Positions 39,485 to 49,911 of a stretch of 64,000 nt of DNA are shown here, one piece after another (position 1 is the stretch's first letter; the number at the start of each line of letters is the position of its first letter). The position numbers and the translations under genes were made by a program. This stretch comes from Promethearchaeota archaeon (GTDB lineage Archaea > Asgardarchaeota > Lokiarchaeia > Sigyniarchaeales > SOKP01): contig JAEOUA010000006.1 of assembly GCA_016839555.1 (NCBI GenBank), forward strand, positions 416,001-480,000, written 5' to 3'. The notes under the pieces are model-generated. The model was given only the letters and a program-made list of their open reading frames with translations, was not told where the DNA came from and searched no databases.

Positions 39485-39694
39485 TTATCCCGCTGGTGAA
39501 AATATAAACCCAAAAACACCAAGATGTGCTAATAGGACGATTAAAATTAGGGCAGCAGCAAAAATAACGGCAGCAACAGGGGATATTTTTACCCCAATAG
39601 AAGAGTCTTCAAAAAATCGAATTAATCCAGCTCCTGATGCGGGCATTGGTGCGCTTCCAGAACGCCTTCTGCTTCTTCGTGATCTTCTTGACAT
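39485..39694 (-). CDS. secG: Preprotein translocase subunit Sec61-beta
   Basis: SGAGLIRFFEDS.GVKISP plus C-terminal TM ending LAH. Confidence 0.93.
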   Translation of the reverse strand: MSRRSRRSRRRSGSAPMPASGAGLIRFFEDSSIGVKISPVAAVIFAAALILIVLLAHLGVFGFIFSPAG

Positions 39695-39902
39695 ATATCT
39701 TAATTTAATATAATATGAATTAATTTAATATAAATAAATGAATATTTTGAGCTTAAAAAATTCTTAGGTAGAATGAAAAGCATCTTTTATTAAAAAATAA
39801 TTCCTATTTTCTTTATATTCTTATGTTAGCTAATATAATAATTAAATATTTTATTCATTAATTATACAACAAAATAGAATAACTAGTTTTTTTATAGAAA
39901 AT

Positions 39903-41042
39903 ATGGAAATAAAAGAGAAGTTAAAAGATTTTTTTTTAATATTAGGTAAAAATTACAAATTAATTTCACCCTTTTACATAAGAAAAGCATTCAGTGTCCT
40001 ATTTTATTCGATTCTAGCTTGTAAAAAAGCCTCAGACTTTGGTCCAATAAGATTACAAATTGAAATAACAGATAAATGTAACTTTGACTGCATCATGTGT
40101 GATCGTCATAATCTTAGAAAAATAAGAAATCTAAATAATGATATTTCTTATAGCAAATTCAAGGAATTGATTGAGGAAATAAGACCATTATATGTGACTC
40201 TTAATGGTTTAGGGGAACCTTTACTTAACAAAGAATTATACAAGTTCTTAAAATTATGTAATAAAAAGAAAATCACAACTTCTATGCCTACAAATATGTC
40301 TTTTATGAATGAGATAAATATCAAAAAATTGATTAAAAATCCGCCCTCTATATTAACTTTTTCGTTTCATGGAACAAATGCTTCAATATTTAATAAAATA
40401 ACCCAATCTAGAAGCTTTAAAAAGTGTATAGAAAATTTTGAGAAATTATTATCGAAAATTGAGAGTATTAAAACTGATATTCGAGTATTATGTGTACTTC
40501 AATCAGAAAATTTGGAAGAATATAATGCTATGTTCACTTTTCTTAAAAATTGGAATTTATTAAATAGTTTTAGATTAGAACCTGTTTTTGATTTTGTCCC
40601 AAATCATAATGTGGTTCCCGCCAAAAGTCAAATAAAGCAAGTTTTATTTAAATTAAATTCAGAAATGAAAATTATTAATGATAAAGAAAAAAAAGCTTTT
40701 TTAAATAATTGGAGAGAAAAATTGTTAGAATTATATAATAGAAAAGATTTAAAGATGAAAGTTCCTTGCTTAACTCCTTGGATTTCAACTTATATTACTG
40801 CTACTGGTAAAGTTCTTCCCTGTTGCTATTTGACTAATGAAAAGTATGTAATGGGAAATATAAATGAAATTTCATTTATGAAAATCTGGAATGGTGAAAA
40901 ATATCAAAATTTCAGGAGTTTATTAATAAATTCTAGAAGAAATATTAAAGAGTGTTATAGATGTTTCTGGAATGATCAAGATAGAGTAAATCTTTATCGC
41001 CTGATGCTCTTTGGGTATTCTGGATGGATTAAAAATCTTTAA
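39903..41042 (+). CDS. Radical SAM protein with SPASM/twitch domain
   Basis: CNFDCIMC, GLGEPLL, CLTPW, GKVLPCC, C..C. Confidence 0.9.
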   Translation: MEIKEKLKDFFLILGKNYKLISPFYIRKAFSVLFYSILACKKASDFGPIRLQIEITDKCNFDCIMCDRHNLRKIRNLNNDISYSKFKELIEEIRPLYVTLNGLGEPLLNKELYKFLKLCNKKKITTSMPTNMSFMNEINIKKLIKNPPSILTFSFHGTNASIFNKITQSRSFKKCIENFEKLLSKIESIKTDIRVLCVLQSENLEEYNAMFTFLKNWNLLNSFRLEPVFDFVPNHNVVPAKSQIKQVLFKLNSEMKIINDKEKKAFLNNWREKLLELYNRKDLKMKVPCLTPWISTYITATGKVLPCCYLTNEKYVMGNINEISFMKIWNGEKYQNFRSLLINSRRNIKECYRCFWNDQDRVNLYRLMLFGYSGWIKNL

Positions 41043-41172
41043 AGAGCAAGGGTTTATGGATTGTTCTAAAAATATTAGAAAAAAAATATTTTTCAATATA
41101 TTTTAAAAAAACGAGCTTCTTATAGGATAAGCTATAAATAAATTTTCTAATTCCGTTTTTAACGACGTGAAA

Positions 41173-42276
41173 TTAATTTCCTTGATAAAATTTGTTATAA
41201 ATTTTCTCCAATCTTTTCCCTACTGCCTGCCAAGTATATTTTCTTAAAATTTTTTGACCTTTTTGAATTTTTTTCTGCTTAATATCATTATTTTCCAAGA
41301 GATATATAATTTGTTTAGAAAGAAGATCTGGTCTTTTAGGTGGAACATAAATAGCACTATCATCTAAAATTTCCTTATATACTTCTAGATCGGAGCAAAT
41401 TACCGGGCTATCGCATGCCAGCGCCTCTAAAGGTGTGTTTCCAAATCCCTCACCCCCAGAGGAATATGCAATAAGTATATCGGCCATTGAATAATAAATA
41501 GGTACTAGATTATCGGAAATAAAACCTGTAAAATAAATATCTTTAAAGTTTTGTTTCCAGGTCTCATAAATTTTCTCCATCTCGAAATCAGGTTCTCCAG
41601 CAATAATTAGATTAACGTTAGGTATTTTTTTTTTAGTTACGTTATACGCCTCAATGATATCATTCACTCCTTTATATTTGGCAATTCTCCCCAGATATAA
41701 TAAAATAGGACCTCGAATATTCAGTTTTTCTTTAAGTTTTTTAGCTTCATATGGATAAGGATGAAATTTCCTATCAATACCATTATAAATTACTTCGATT
41801 TTATTTGAAGAAATATTCGGAACAACTTTTTTCAACCCTTTTTTTGTGTGATATGATGGTACTGTAATTAAGGTTGATTTTTTTACAACTTGAGAAAGAA
41901 ATATCCTTTGAATAGAGCCTAAAGTATAATATGTTTCAAATGGACCAAGATCATGAATTGTAGAAATAAATCGTTTTTTATTTGAAGCCAAAATAGGTAA
42001 ACAACCTTTTGGTTTATTTCCGTGAATTATATCAAAATGATGTGAGCGAAGATACTTCGCTACTCTTAAAATAAATTCTGGAGCCCATAAATAGCGATTT
42101 CGTAGAATATTATATTGCATTATGTTAGAATCAGCAAGTTCATAGTTCCATTTTCCCGTTAATAGTTTTACATCGTATCCACTATTAATTAAATACTCAT
42201 AAATTCCCTCAAACCCAGTTCTTTCACAATCAGGGGCAATTTTTATAGAAATTAAACAAATTTTTAAATTAAACAA
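41173..42276 (-). CDS. Glycosyltransferase family 4 (start obscured by local duplication)
   Basis: TIHDL, IYNGID, YLGRIAKYKG, EGFGNTPLEALAC. Confidence 0.9.
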   Translation of the reverse strand: MFNLKICLISIKIAPDCERTGFEGIYEYLINSGYDVKLLTGKWNYELADSNIMQYNILRNRYLWAPEFILRVAKYLRSHHFDIIHGNKPKGCLPILASNKKRFISTIHDLGPFETYYTLGSIQRIFLSQVVKKSTLITVPSYHTKKGLKKVVPNISSNKIEVIYNGIDRKFHPYPYEAKKLKEKLNIRGPILLYLGRIAKYKGVNDIIEAYNVTKKKIPNVNLIIAGEPDFEMEKIYETWKQNFKDIYFTGFISDNLVPIYYSMADILIAYSSGGEGFGNTPLEALACDSPVICSDLEVYKEILDDSAIYVPPKRPDLLSKQIIYLLENNDIKQKKIQKGQKILRKYTWQAVGKRLEKIYNKFYQGN

Positions 42277-42330
42277 ATTTTTAAATTTTTTAATTTTTTA
42301 ATTTTATAGAAATTAAACAAATTTTTAAAT
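42241..42330. repeat. Local direct duplication at GT4 5' end
   Basis: 29-nt TTTTATAGAAATTAAACAAATTTTTAAAT at 42241-42269 and 42302-42330; 17-nt tandem at 42249-42282. Confidence 0.85.
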
Positions 42331-42337
42331 AATCTAG

Positions 42338-43318
42338 CTAAGTTAATTGCTCATATCCGTTTTCAGTTACTAAAACAGTTTGTTCCGATTGAGCAACATA
42401 AGCATTAGATTCTTCAGATAGAACGTAATGAGTTTCGATTTTTCCTTGTCTAATCAATTCTTGAAGACCAAATGCTACACCAATCTGAAATTCATCTGCT
42501 AGCCACCGTTCGGCAAATGGCAAGCTTCTGTAAGTTTTATTGATAAATCCTAAAATTTTTTTTGAACTTTTTCTACGTAGTGGAACGCGTCCCGCAAATG
42601 GATTGAGACTATATATGTGGCAACTATTTGTGCTATGAACAGATCCTGTGCCTGTTGATGAGAAAATTTCAATAGCAAATACATCTCCTTGTTCTATTTC
42701 ATCACCTCCTTGAGAACCTAATTCTGGCAACTTTTTTGTCCCATGAACAAGCCATCTTTCAATTTGATGCCCCCCTAATTCTTTTATTGGTCTAAAGTTA
42801 AAGCCCTTTATAATACTCTCAATTTTTTTTCCAATCTCACGTGTATTGACTCCTGGTTTTATCATCATTTTTGCTGCTTCTAAAGCCGTTTCAGTGGCTG
42901 TTATTATATTTTCTAACTCTTCTTTTTCATTAAATTTTATAGTGAATGCAGTATCAACGATATATCCATCAATATGCACACCTAAATCCAATTTTACGAT
43001 ATCGTTTTCCTTTATTTTTAGTCCATCATCTTTTATTGGTGAGGTGTAATGAGCAGCAATATTATTTATACTTAAATTTACGGGAAAAGCACAAAAACCT
43101 CCTAATTCTTTAATCTTTTTTTCCGCATCCGTTATTATTTCGAGAGCCATACTTCCAACTTTTATTTTGGGTTTTATATATTTCTTAACCTTTTTAGCAA
43201 TATCACCCGCTTTCCTTAGAGACTCTAATTTCTTTTCTTCTTCATCACTTTTTTCATTCATTTGTTCTGGTTTCTTCTTAGTTTCATTTTTTGAGTTTTG
43301 TTTCTCTTTCTCATTCAT
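42338..43318 (-). CDS. map: Methionine aminopeptidase type II
   Basis: AFPVNLSINNIAAHYT, KLDLGVHIDGYIVDTAFT, GGHQI, FAIEIF, PFAERWL. Confidence 0.95.
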   Translation of the reverse strand: MNEKEKQNSKNETKKKPEQMNEKSDEEEKKLESLRKAGDIAKKVKKYIKPKIKVGSMALEIITDAEKKIKELGGFCAFPVNLSINNIAAHYTSPIKDDGLKIKENDIVKLDLGVHIDGYIVDTAFTIKFNEKEELENIITATETALEAAKMMIKPGVNTREIGKKIESIIKGFNFRPIKELGGHQIERWLVHGTKKLPELGSQGGDEIEQGDVFAIEIFSSTGTGSVHSTNSCHIYSLNPFAGRVPLRRKSSKKILGFINKTYRSLPFAERWLADEFQIGVAFGLQELIRQGKIETHYVLSEESNAYVAQSEQTVLVTENGYEQLT

Positions 43319-43624
43319 ATTTATTATTAATGAAAAAGGAATAATAATTTTTTTTAATGATTTAAACTCCTCGGAAAGAGCTTAATAGTAATATTTTGAT
43401 AAAATTTTCAACTATGATTAAATTTTAAAAAGTGAAATTTATTAGAAATTTTGTTGAGTTAGTATCTTATTTTGTAAAAGAAAATTTAATAAAACCTAAA
43501 AATATAAAAAATTAATTAATTTATAACCTATTAAGAATTATTATATTACATATTATTATAAATTAAAATTTTTATAATAATAATTTTTTTATACTATTAA
43601 TTAAATTAAATCGGTCGATCGAAA

Positions 43625-43996
43625 ATTACTGAGAACATAAGCGAATTAACTGAAATACTTAGAAATTTAGAAGCTGTTAATTCAGATATCCAAGGAAGTG
43701 CGATCGTTTCAATTCAAGGGTTACCAATATGTTCTGCTCTTTCTAAAAATGTAAATGACGGCATCGTCTCTGCAATGTCCGCGGCTATACTTTCTGTTTC
43801 AGAGCGTGCCGTCCAAGAGCTTGCACGAGGAGAATTAAAGCGAATATTAATAGAAGGTATAGATGGATTAATTATTCTCTCGCAAGCAGGTCAAAATGCT
43901 ATTCTTGCCACTTTAACGGCACCCAATCCTTCATTAGGGATGGTTTTTTTAAATATCGAAAGTGTGACTAAGAAGATAGCAAAAATACTGGATTAA
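43625..43996 (+). CDS. Roadblock/LC7 (MglB-like) protein; start extended to ATT at 43625
   Basis: Frame open upstream of ATG 43775 encoding ELTEILRNLEAVNSDIQGSAIVSIQGLPICSAL (roadblock N-half); no ATG/GTG/TTG in that stretch. Confidence 0.85.
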   Translation: MTENISELTEILRNLEAVNSDIQGSAIVSIQGLPICSALSKNVNDGIVSAMSAAILSVSERAVQELARGELKRILIEGIDGLIILSQAGQNAILATLTAPNPSLGMVFLNIESVTKKIAKILD

Positions 43997-44086
43997 ATTG
44001 AATAAATTAATTAATAAATCCTCTTACTATAGATTTTTATAAATAATTTTATTATCTAATTTGTTTTATTTTTATAGTAAAGAATC

Positions 44087-46264
44087 ATGTCTCTACTCTC
44101 TGAGAAATTTTTTAAAAATTTACAATCCCTACTTTTAAAAAACATTAAAAAAAACATATTTGATCTTGAAGAAATAAGAAAGTTTATTGCTAGTCAGGAT
44201 ATAAAGCGTTCAGAGAAACTCCAAAAATTGTATTATAAATTTGACCCCCTCACTATCGATAAAAAAAGTGAATTTTTCGAGGATCTATTTAAAAAAATAG
44301 CAGAAGATATTTTATCTTTAAAAAATCGAGATATAGCACGAGAGAAATTATTATATAAATCAAATATTTATGATGTTTTAAAAGGATTAGTAGATAAACT
44401 GCTTTTTGAAAAAATTTGCATAGAATGTAGCTCAAATCAAATTTCAGAGAGTCGTTATGCTTTCAATGAGAATCGAATAATACATTTTTGTAATAATTGT
44501 CAAAGGAATGTTCAGGTCATTTATAAATCAAAATATTTATTGAAATTCCTTATTTATTTACAATATTGGACGCAGAGAAGTAATCTTAAAAAAATGACTA
44601 ATACCTATGTGAATTCAAAAGCCTTTTTAAGTTATTTATTCTCAGATTGCTTTAATTATTTTCTAGAGAAAGGTAACTTAAAGTTAGTTATTATGTTTTA
44701 TAATATTTTAGAGGAGAATAATATATCTAAGCCAAATGATACGAAAAACAAGAAAGATATTCAATCTATTATAGTTCAAACCATTATTAAATCATTAAAT
44801 TCGGGAGATTTCCAAAAAATAACGTATTCTATAGAGCATTTAATTAATGAGAAAAACAAAATAAATTTACCAGAAATTCTTTCAAATCCAGAATATAAGA
44901 AAAAAATTGAAGCTACTTTTTACAAAGTGTTATCTAAAGATCTCAGCTCGAGGAAATTTGATCATTTTAGACAATTATTAGAGCATTCAGATGTACTTGA
45001 TATTTTTATTGATGTGGGAAAAATACCAAATCGTCAAAAAATCATTGTAAAATTGATAATAAACTGTATAGAGGATGTAGCGGTCGGTTATCAGACATCG
45101 TCCCTTGGGAAAGTTATTGAGATCATTAGTTTCTTTAATGAAAATAACTTATTACAAAGAGAGTTAAGTGATAAGAATTTGGAAGAATTGAGGAGTTTAT
45201 GGAAAGATAAGATTCTCATTAGCAATTTAAAAGATCTTTTTGGACAAGTAAATAATTATCTATTATATTTTATCTATAAAGTAGTCCCTAAAGAATTATA
45301 TAAATTTTTCGTAAGTTCTCCTAACGCCTATAGCTTTTATACCGATATAGATCAATTAATTTATTATATTAAAAATTCATTTTTTAACAACTACTCCATC
45401 TATGGATTAAGTGTAAGAAAGTTAGGGTCTCTCGATAAATTTATTAATGAATTTAAAAAGCAATGGGAAAAAACAGGAAAAAATACTTCTAAAAAAGATT
45501 CCTTGATTTCTAACGATGATGAAGAATTCTTTGAATTTAATACAGAATATGTATATAGAATAAGTTATTACGGAACGCTTCAAGGGCGAGTTGAAAAAGT
45601 TGTAAAAAGGCATTTAGTCTCTCCAGAAAATATATTACACAATCTTGAATCTATTTTATCTCTCGATAAATATAAGTTCCATAGTTTATCCATGGTCTTA
45701 TTGGGAGGATTAGGACCACAGGGACATGGTTTCACCTATGCTACCCCAAAAGGGGAAGTAGTTGAAATATGCTCCGATATAAGGGAAAATGAAGCGATAA
45801 TTATCAAATATAAGCAGTTCCTTAAGAGACAATTTATCTCGAAATTACATAAAAAAATGAAGTCATTTACGATAAATCCCTCAATCATAGAAGAAGTCTG
45901 TGAGTTTTTAGAGAATGTTCTCAGTAAAAAAGAATTAATTAAATATAAAAATAAAGAGGAAATCGTCCAAAAAATTGAAACATTTTTAAGAAATAAATAT
46001 CCTCCACATATCATCATAGAAAAAAAACTTAAAATAATAATAAATTCAATAGCAAAAGCAATTAATGTCATTTTAGCCCCTATTAATATGGTAGATCAAT
46101 TCAAAGCAAGGATGGATTTAGTAAAAAGAAAAAAAATTAGTGCTGGAGATATTGCAAAATTGACGTCTCTGAAATCCAAATCTCATTATGATGTGTTAAG
46201 AGAGCGAACCCTCTATCAATACATCATAAAATGGTTCTATGAATTATATCTACAGAATAAATAG
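44087..46264 (+). CDS. Uncharacterised 725-aa protein with Zn-ribbon and Gly-rich C-terminal motif
   Basis: Long ORF; CIEC...CNNC; [29 protein letters not shown]. Confidence 0.75.
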   Translation: MSLLSEKFFKNLQSLLLKNIKKNIFDLEEIRKFIASQDIKRSEKLQKLYYKFDPLTIDKKSEFFEDLFKKIAEDILSLKNRDIAREKLLYKSNIYDVLKGLVDKLLFEKICIECSSNQISESRYAFNENRIIHFCNNCQRNVQVIYKSKYLLKFLIYLQYWTQRSNLKKMTNTYVNSKAFLSYLFSDCFNYFLEKGNLKLVIMFYNILEENNISKPNDTKNKKDIQSIIVQTIIKSLNSGDFQKITYSIEHLINEKNKINLPEILSNPEYKKKIEATFYKVLSKDLSSRKFDHFRQLLEHSDVLDIFIDVGKIPNRQKIIVKLIINCIEDVAVGYQTSSLGKVIEIISFFNENNLLQRELSDKNLEELRSLWKDKILISNLKDLFGQVNNYLLYFIYKVVPKELYKFFVSSPNAYSFYTDIDQLIYYIKNSFFNNYSIYGLSVRKLGSLDKFINEFKKQWEKTGKNTSKKDSLISNDDEEFFEFNTEYVYRISYYGTLQGRVEKVVKRHLVSPENILHNLESILSLDKYKFHSLSMVLLGGLGPQGHGFTYATPKGEVVEICSDIRENEAIIIKYKQFLKRQFISKLHKKMKSFTINPSIIEEVCEFLENVLSKKELIKYKNKEEIVQKIETFLRNKYPPHIIIEKKLKIIINSIAKAINVILAPINMVDQFKARMDLVKRKKISAGDIAKLTSLKSKSHYDVLRERTLYQYIIKWFYELYLQNK

Positions 46265-46468
46265 CAAAACTTTTTTCTAATTTTAAGCTGTATAGGTTTA
46301 AAAGAAATTAATTATTTTGAAAATGTGCTTTTTAGAAAAGGGGGGATTCAAATTACTTCTTTTAATATTCGTATTCCTCAGTAAAAAGTTTATAAATGTT
46401 TTAAGATAATTATAACAATATAGAAAAAGTTTTCACATGAACTTTTCCTAATTATAATATTACGAGTT

Positions 46469-47185
46469 GTGAAAGTAATGGAAATAATCGGATTTTTAGA
46501 TGGATTAACTGCAGCAGTGATTATTACTACTGGTGTAGTATTTGGTCTTTTATCATTTTTTTCTGCCAGAAAATTAGGAGCAAAACTACTCTACATTGCT
46601 GGGGGATTAGTCGTATTAGTAGGCTTGCTTTGGCTTGGTCCGTTTACAGAATTCTTGTTGGTATTAATAACTGGAATTAATTTGCCCGGAGAACTATATG
46701 GGTTTTTAAGTTATATTTGGGTCGCACCTGCGGTTGTTTTAGCCTTTTACCTTGGCGGCGAACTCATAGCACCTGAAAAAAAAAAAATAATTGTAGCAAT
46801 TTATACAATATTGGGGATTGTATTTGAAATTTTTATGTTTGCCCTTCCGAACGGTAATATAAACGCTTTAGGTACTTTTACTTGGGATGAACCAGCGGAA
46901 GGATTTTTGATAAATACTAGTTTTAATATGAGTTCTCCAACTTTTTGGATAGTGGCGATATTCTTGATATCAGTATTAATTTTCTTAGGTATTGGATTTG
47001 CAATTAAAGCTAAACAAGCTACTGGAGACTTAAGAAGAAAGTTTACATATTTATCTATAGCATTCATAATTTTTGTTATTTGCGGTGCATTGGATTCTGT
47101 TTTAGATCCTGGCATAGCGATTGGTTTTATAAGGCTCGTGATGGCCACATTCGCAATATGGACTTACCTTGGTCTAAAGACCTAA
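46469..47185 (+). CDS. Stand-alone 7-TM membrane protein
   Basis: Seven hydrophobic segments, longer loop between TM4 and TM5, no cytosolic output domain. Confidence 0.75.
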   Translation: MKVMEIIGFLDGLTAAVIITTGVVFGLLSFFSARKLGAKLLYIAGGLVVLVGLLWLGPFTEFLLVLITGINLPGELYGFLSYIWVAPAVVLAFYLGGELIAPEKKKIIVAIYTILGIVFEIFMFALPNGNINALGTFTWDEPAEGFLINTSFNMSSPTFWIVAIFLISVLIFLGIGFAIKAKQATGDLRRKFTYLSIAFIIFVICGALDSVLDPGIAIGFIRLVMATFAIWTYLGLKT

Positions 47186-47341
47186 GCTAACAAAAATTTA
47201 TTTTAAATTTTCTCTCTCTTTTTTTTATTTTTTCCTATTCTTTGAAATTATATTAATTCTTTACATTAAACCAAAAAAATGATAGTTTTTAGAAAAAATC
47301 AAAAAAGAGAGAGATTTCAATAAAATTCTCATACCTAATAA

Positions 47342-48805
47342 CTATTGTCTGAGTTCTTGAATATTGTCGAAGATTGTATCAAATCTATTTCTAATAGAAC
47401 CCGCTAAACCTTCCTCCTCTGAAACAACAGAATTTACCGCGGTTTTTAACCCATAATGACCTTCTGAAATAAGTACTCTTATTGGAAGCGTTAAGATTTC
47501 ATTTATAAGCATCACAATTTCTTGTAATATTTTAACTAATTTCGGAAATCTTTCTTGGGTTTTATCGACTAGGGATTGTTCAGCTGGAACTAAACCATTT
47601 TCTCTTTGTCGCTTTAATTCTTCCCAAATATTATCTTCTAATTCTGAGAAATTGATACCCAAATCTTCTAAAGCAATTTGGGCTCCTTCAAACACAAAAT
47701 TGATGTCATCTCTTCCAGTATATAGTCTAACATTTTCTACCATTTCTTCGGGTGCTAAACCATCCAAAAAATTGACCAACAATTCATGATAATCGTTGAT
47801 GACATCTAAAGGAATAAAGAGTAATACTAATTCTTTTAATTGTTTATACAAATAACCAAATGCTTTTGCCATGGTTTCATTTTTCAATAATTTCTCCACA
47901 AATCCTCCGTATTCGTTTAAAAGATGGATAGTTAAAAAGCCTATTATTCGGATTAGATCGTCCTCATAGTTGCGAAAATAGTCAAAAAATTTAGCAGGTT
48001 CCATATGTAATTTATCTTGAATAATTTTGGCAACTCTTTCTTTTACTGCTTCGAACGGCTCATCAATTATATCCTCTATTTTATCGAGTGAGAATGCATC
48101 CTGTAATTTATCAAAAATATCTAATTTACTTGTCTGGATAAATTCTTCTTCTGTTTCTTCAAGATGTAGTTTTGACAATATTTTTTTTTCTTTTTCAGCA
48201 CTTTTAAGCTCTTTCCATTGATTATAATCATAAACTTTACATAATAATTGTAGGCACTCATCTCCCTTTGCTTTGCATTTCTGTTCGGTGATGCTTATAC
48301 GATAATTATTTTCCTTTACTTGCAATATAAAATTGGCAACACTTTGAAGCATCCCACATAACCCACAAGCCATGCCTTCTGTATTTTGCTTTACCTTAGA
48401 GAGATCAAAAGTATCTTCCGAAGATAGTCCATAATCTGCGCAGATGGGACAATTATCGATTTTTAAAAGATAATCATTATAAGGGGAGTCTTGTTTTGGA
48501 ATTTCTTCATAAGTTAAATCTTCCAACTCTTTTCCAAAAACTACCACCCATAGAATCTCAAAATAATCTAAAACTTTATCGGGACTTCCCGGCATAAATT
48601 TAAATATAGTAGAATGGCGTTCACAGGATTCATACGCAGCTCTTTTACCAATTTCCCGCATTACTAGCAAACTGAGGTCCTCATCGTGAGTTATGTTATT
48701 AATCTCTTTTAATATTTCTCTGTAAAGTAATGAATAAAAAAGAGATGATGTGTTCTGCCCAAAAGCCTTTGTTATTTTTTTCATCAACCACTTAACTGCT
48801 CCCAT
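47342..48805 (-). CDS. TRAPP/V4R-fold protein (Trs31/Trs33-like N-domain) fused to about 290-aa helical region
   Basis: SLFYSLLYREIL...MREIGKRAA...LWVVVFGKELEDL...NCPIC...CGLCGML...QKCKAKGDEC. Confidence 0.62.
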   Translation of the reverse strand: MGAVKWLMKKITKAFGQNTSSLFYSLLYREILKEINNITHDEDLSLLVMREIGKRAAYESCERHSTIFKFMPGSPDKVLDYFEILWVVVFGKELEDLTYEEIPKQDSPYNDYLLKIDNCPICADYGLSSEDTFDLSKVKQNTEGMACGLCGMLQSVANFILQVKENNYRISITEQKCKAKGDECLQLLCKVYDYNQWKELKSAEKEKKILSKLHLEETEEEFIQTSKLDIFDKLQDAFSLDKIEDIIDEPFEAVKERVAKIIQDKLHMEPAKFFDYFRNYEDDLIRIIGFLTIHLLNEYGGFVEKLLKNETMAKAFGYLYKQLKELVLLFIPLDVINDYHELLVNFLDGLAPEEMVENVRLYTGRDDINFVFEGAQIALEDLGINFSELEDNIWEELKRQRENGLVPAEQSLVDKTQERFPKLVKILQEIVMLINEILTLPIRVLISEGHYGLKTAVNSVVSEEEGLAGSIRNRFDTIFDNIQELRQ

Positions 48806-48807
48806 TT

Positions 48808-49332
48808 TTATTTTTCACCTGTTTTGTATTTAAAGACTTGAACACAAGATTTATTACCAAGTGCTTTCGATTTTTGAACGCTTACTGGCTCAATCATTAC
48901 GCCTGATTTTTGATTTGAATTCATATTAATCCGATTAATATATTCTGGGATCAATCCTAAAAGGATTTCACATCCTGCAATTTCTATATCATCATAATGA
49001 TATTTACATAATGCACAATTAGAATCGCTTACAATAATTAATTGTTCCAGATCATTAATTTCCACAGAAACGGAGCTTTTCAACACCTCTTTGTAAATAG
49101 TAGCAATAACTTCCCTTAAATTAGTGAGCGAAACTATGTCAACTGGATTCCAATAATCATAATAGGTTTTAGCTATATTTCTCCCCATTTGCCTTAATCT
49201 TTGTTTTAAATCCGTAACTCCATTATTTATCATAAATCTTATGATATGATAAATTGCATTACGCAATTGATTCATTGTAGCGTCTGCAAGTCTTAAATCG
49301 TTTCTTGAGTAATTCATTGTTAAATTCTTCAA
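48808..49332 (-). CDS. TRAPP Bet3-like/V4R-fold protein
   Basis: LKQRLRQMGRNIAK...LREVIATIYKEVL...SDSNCALC...GCEILLGLI...SKALGNKSC. Confidence 0.62.
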   Translation of the reverse strand: MKNLTMNYSRNDLRLADATMNQLRNAIYHIIRFMINNGVTDLKQRLRQMGRNIAKTYYDYWNPVDIVSLTNLREVIATIYKEVLKSSVSVEINDLEQLIIVSDSNCALCKYHYDDIEIAGCEILLGLIPEYINRINMNSNQKSGVMIEPVSVQKSKALGNKSCVQVFKYKTGEK

Positions 49333-49557
49333 TTTGATGAATTTGATAAGTATTATTTTTAAGTACTATATGAAAAAATAGATGATATTTAAAATTTTTA
49401 ATTAAATTAAAAGTATTATTGGTATTGGTTTAATTTAATTTATGGAAGAGTTGAATTTAGTAAATTATTATAAAAATAAAAAGTGAATAAAAGGAGATAT
49501 TATTTAAGGTCTTGTGTGTGATTAATAACCATCTAAATTTATTTTTTGATAAACAAA

Positions 49558-49911
49558 TTACATCTTGTTTACGATCATACGCATAATCTCTTCGCCAGCT
49601 GCTCCAATCATGATACCATTCCTTACAAATACACGCCCATCTAATTCTATATTATTGGATAAAAGTTCCCCATCCTTAAAGAATAAGAGCGTAGGAATAG
49701 CAGTAATTCCGAACATTTCCCCCAGTGGTCGATTTTGATCAAGATCGACACGGATTAATTGGATTAATCCTTCTTCTTGAAACTTATGCAAGATTGGTGC
49801 AATAAATTTGCACGGACCACACCATTCAGTGTAGATATCAATAACTACCTTTCCTTCTTGCATAGAATCAGGTACTTCTATATTTATTTCTTCTAATTTT
49901 TGAATATTCAT
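49558..49911 (-). CDS. trxA: Thioredoxin
   Basis: WCGPC, AIPTLLFFKDG. Confidence 0.93.
   Translation of the reverse strand: MNIQKLEEINIEVPDSMQEGKVVIDIYTEWCGPCKFIAPILHKFQEEGLIQLIRVDLDQNRPLGEMFGITAIPTLLFFKDGELLSNNIELDGRVFVRNGIMIGAAGEEIMRMIVNKM

Noticed and set aside
42241-42330. Repeat as a mini CRISPR array or target-site duplication
   Set aside because: Only two copies, derived from coding sequence, with a low-complexity spacer and no cas or transposase genes.
43775-43996. 73-aa roadblock ORF as listed
   Set aside because: Lacks the first helix and two strands, which are encoded in frame upstream.
46469-47185. Rhodopsin call for the 7TM protein
   Set aside because: No retinal-binding Lys motif in helix 7.
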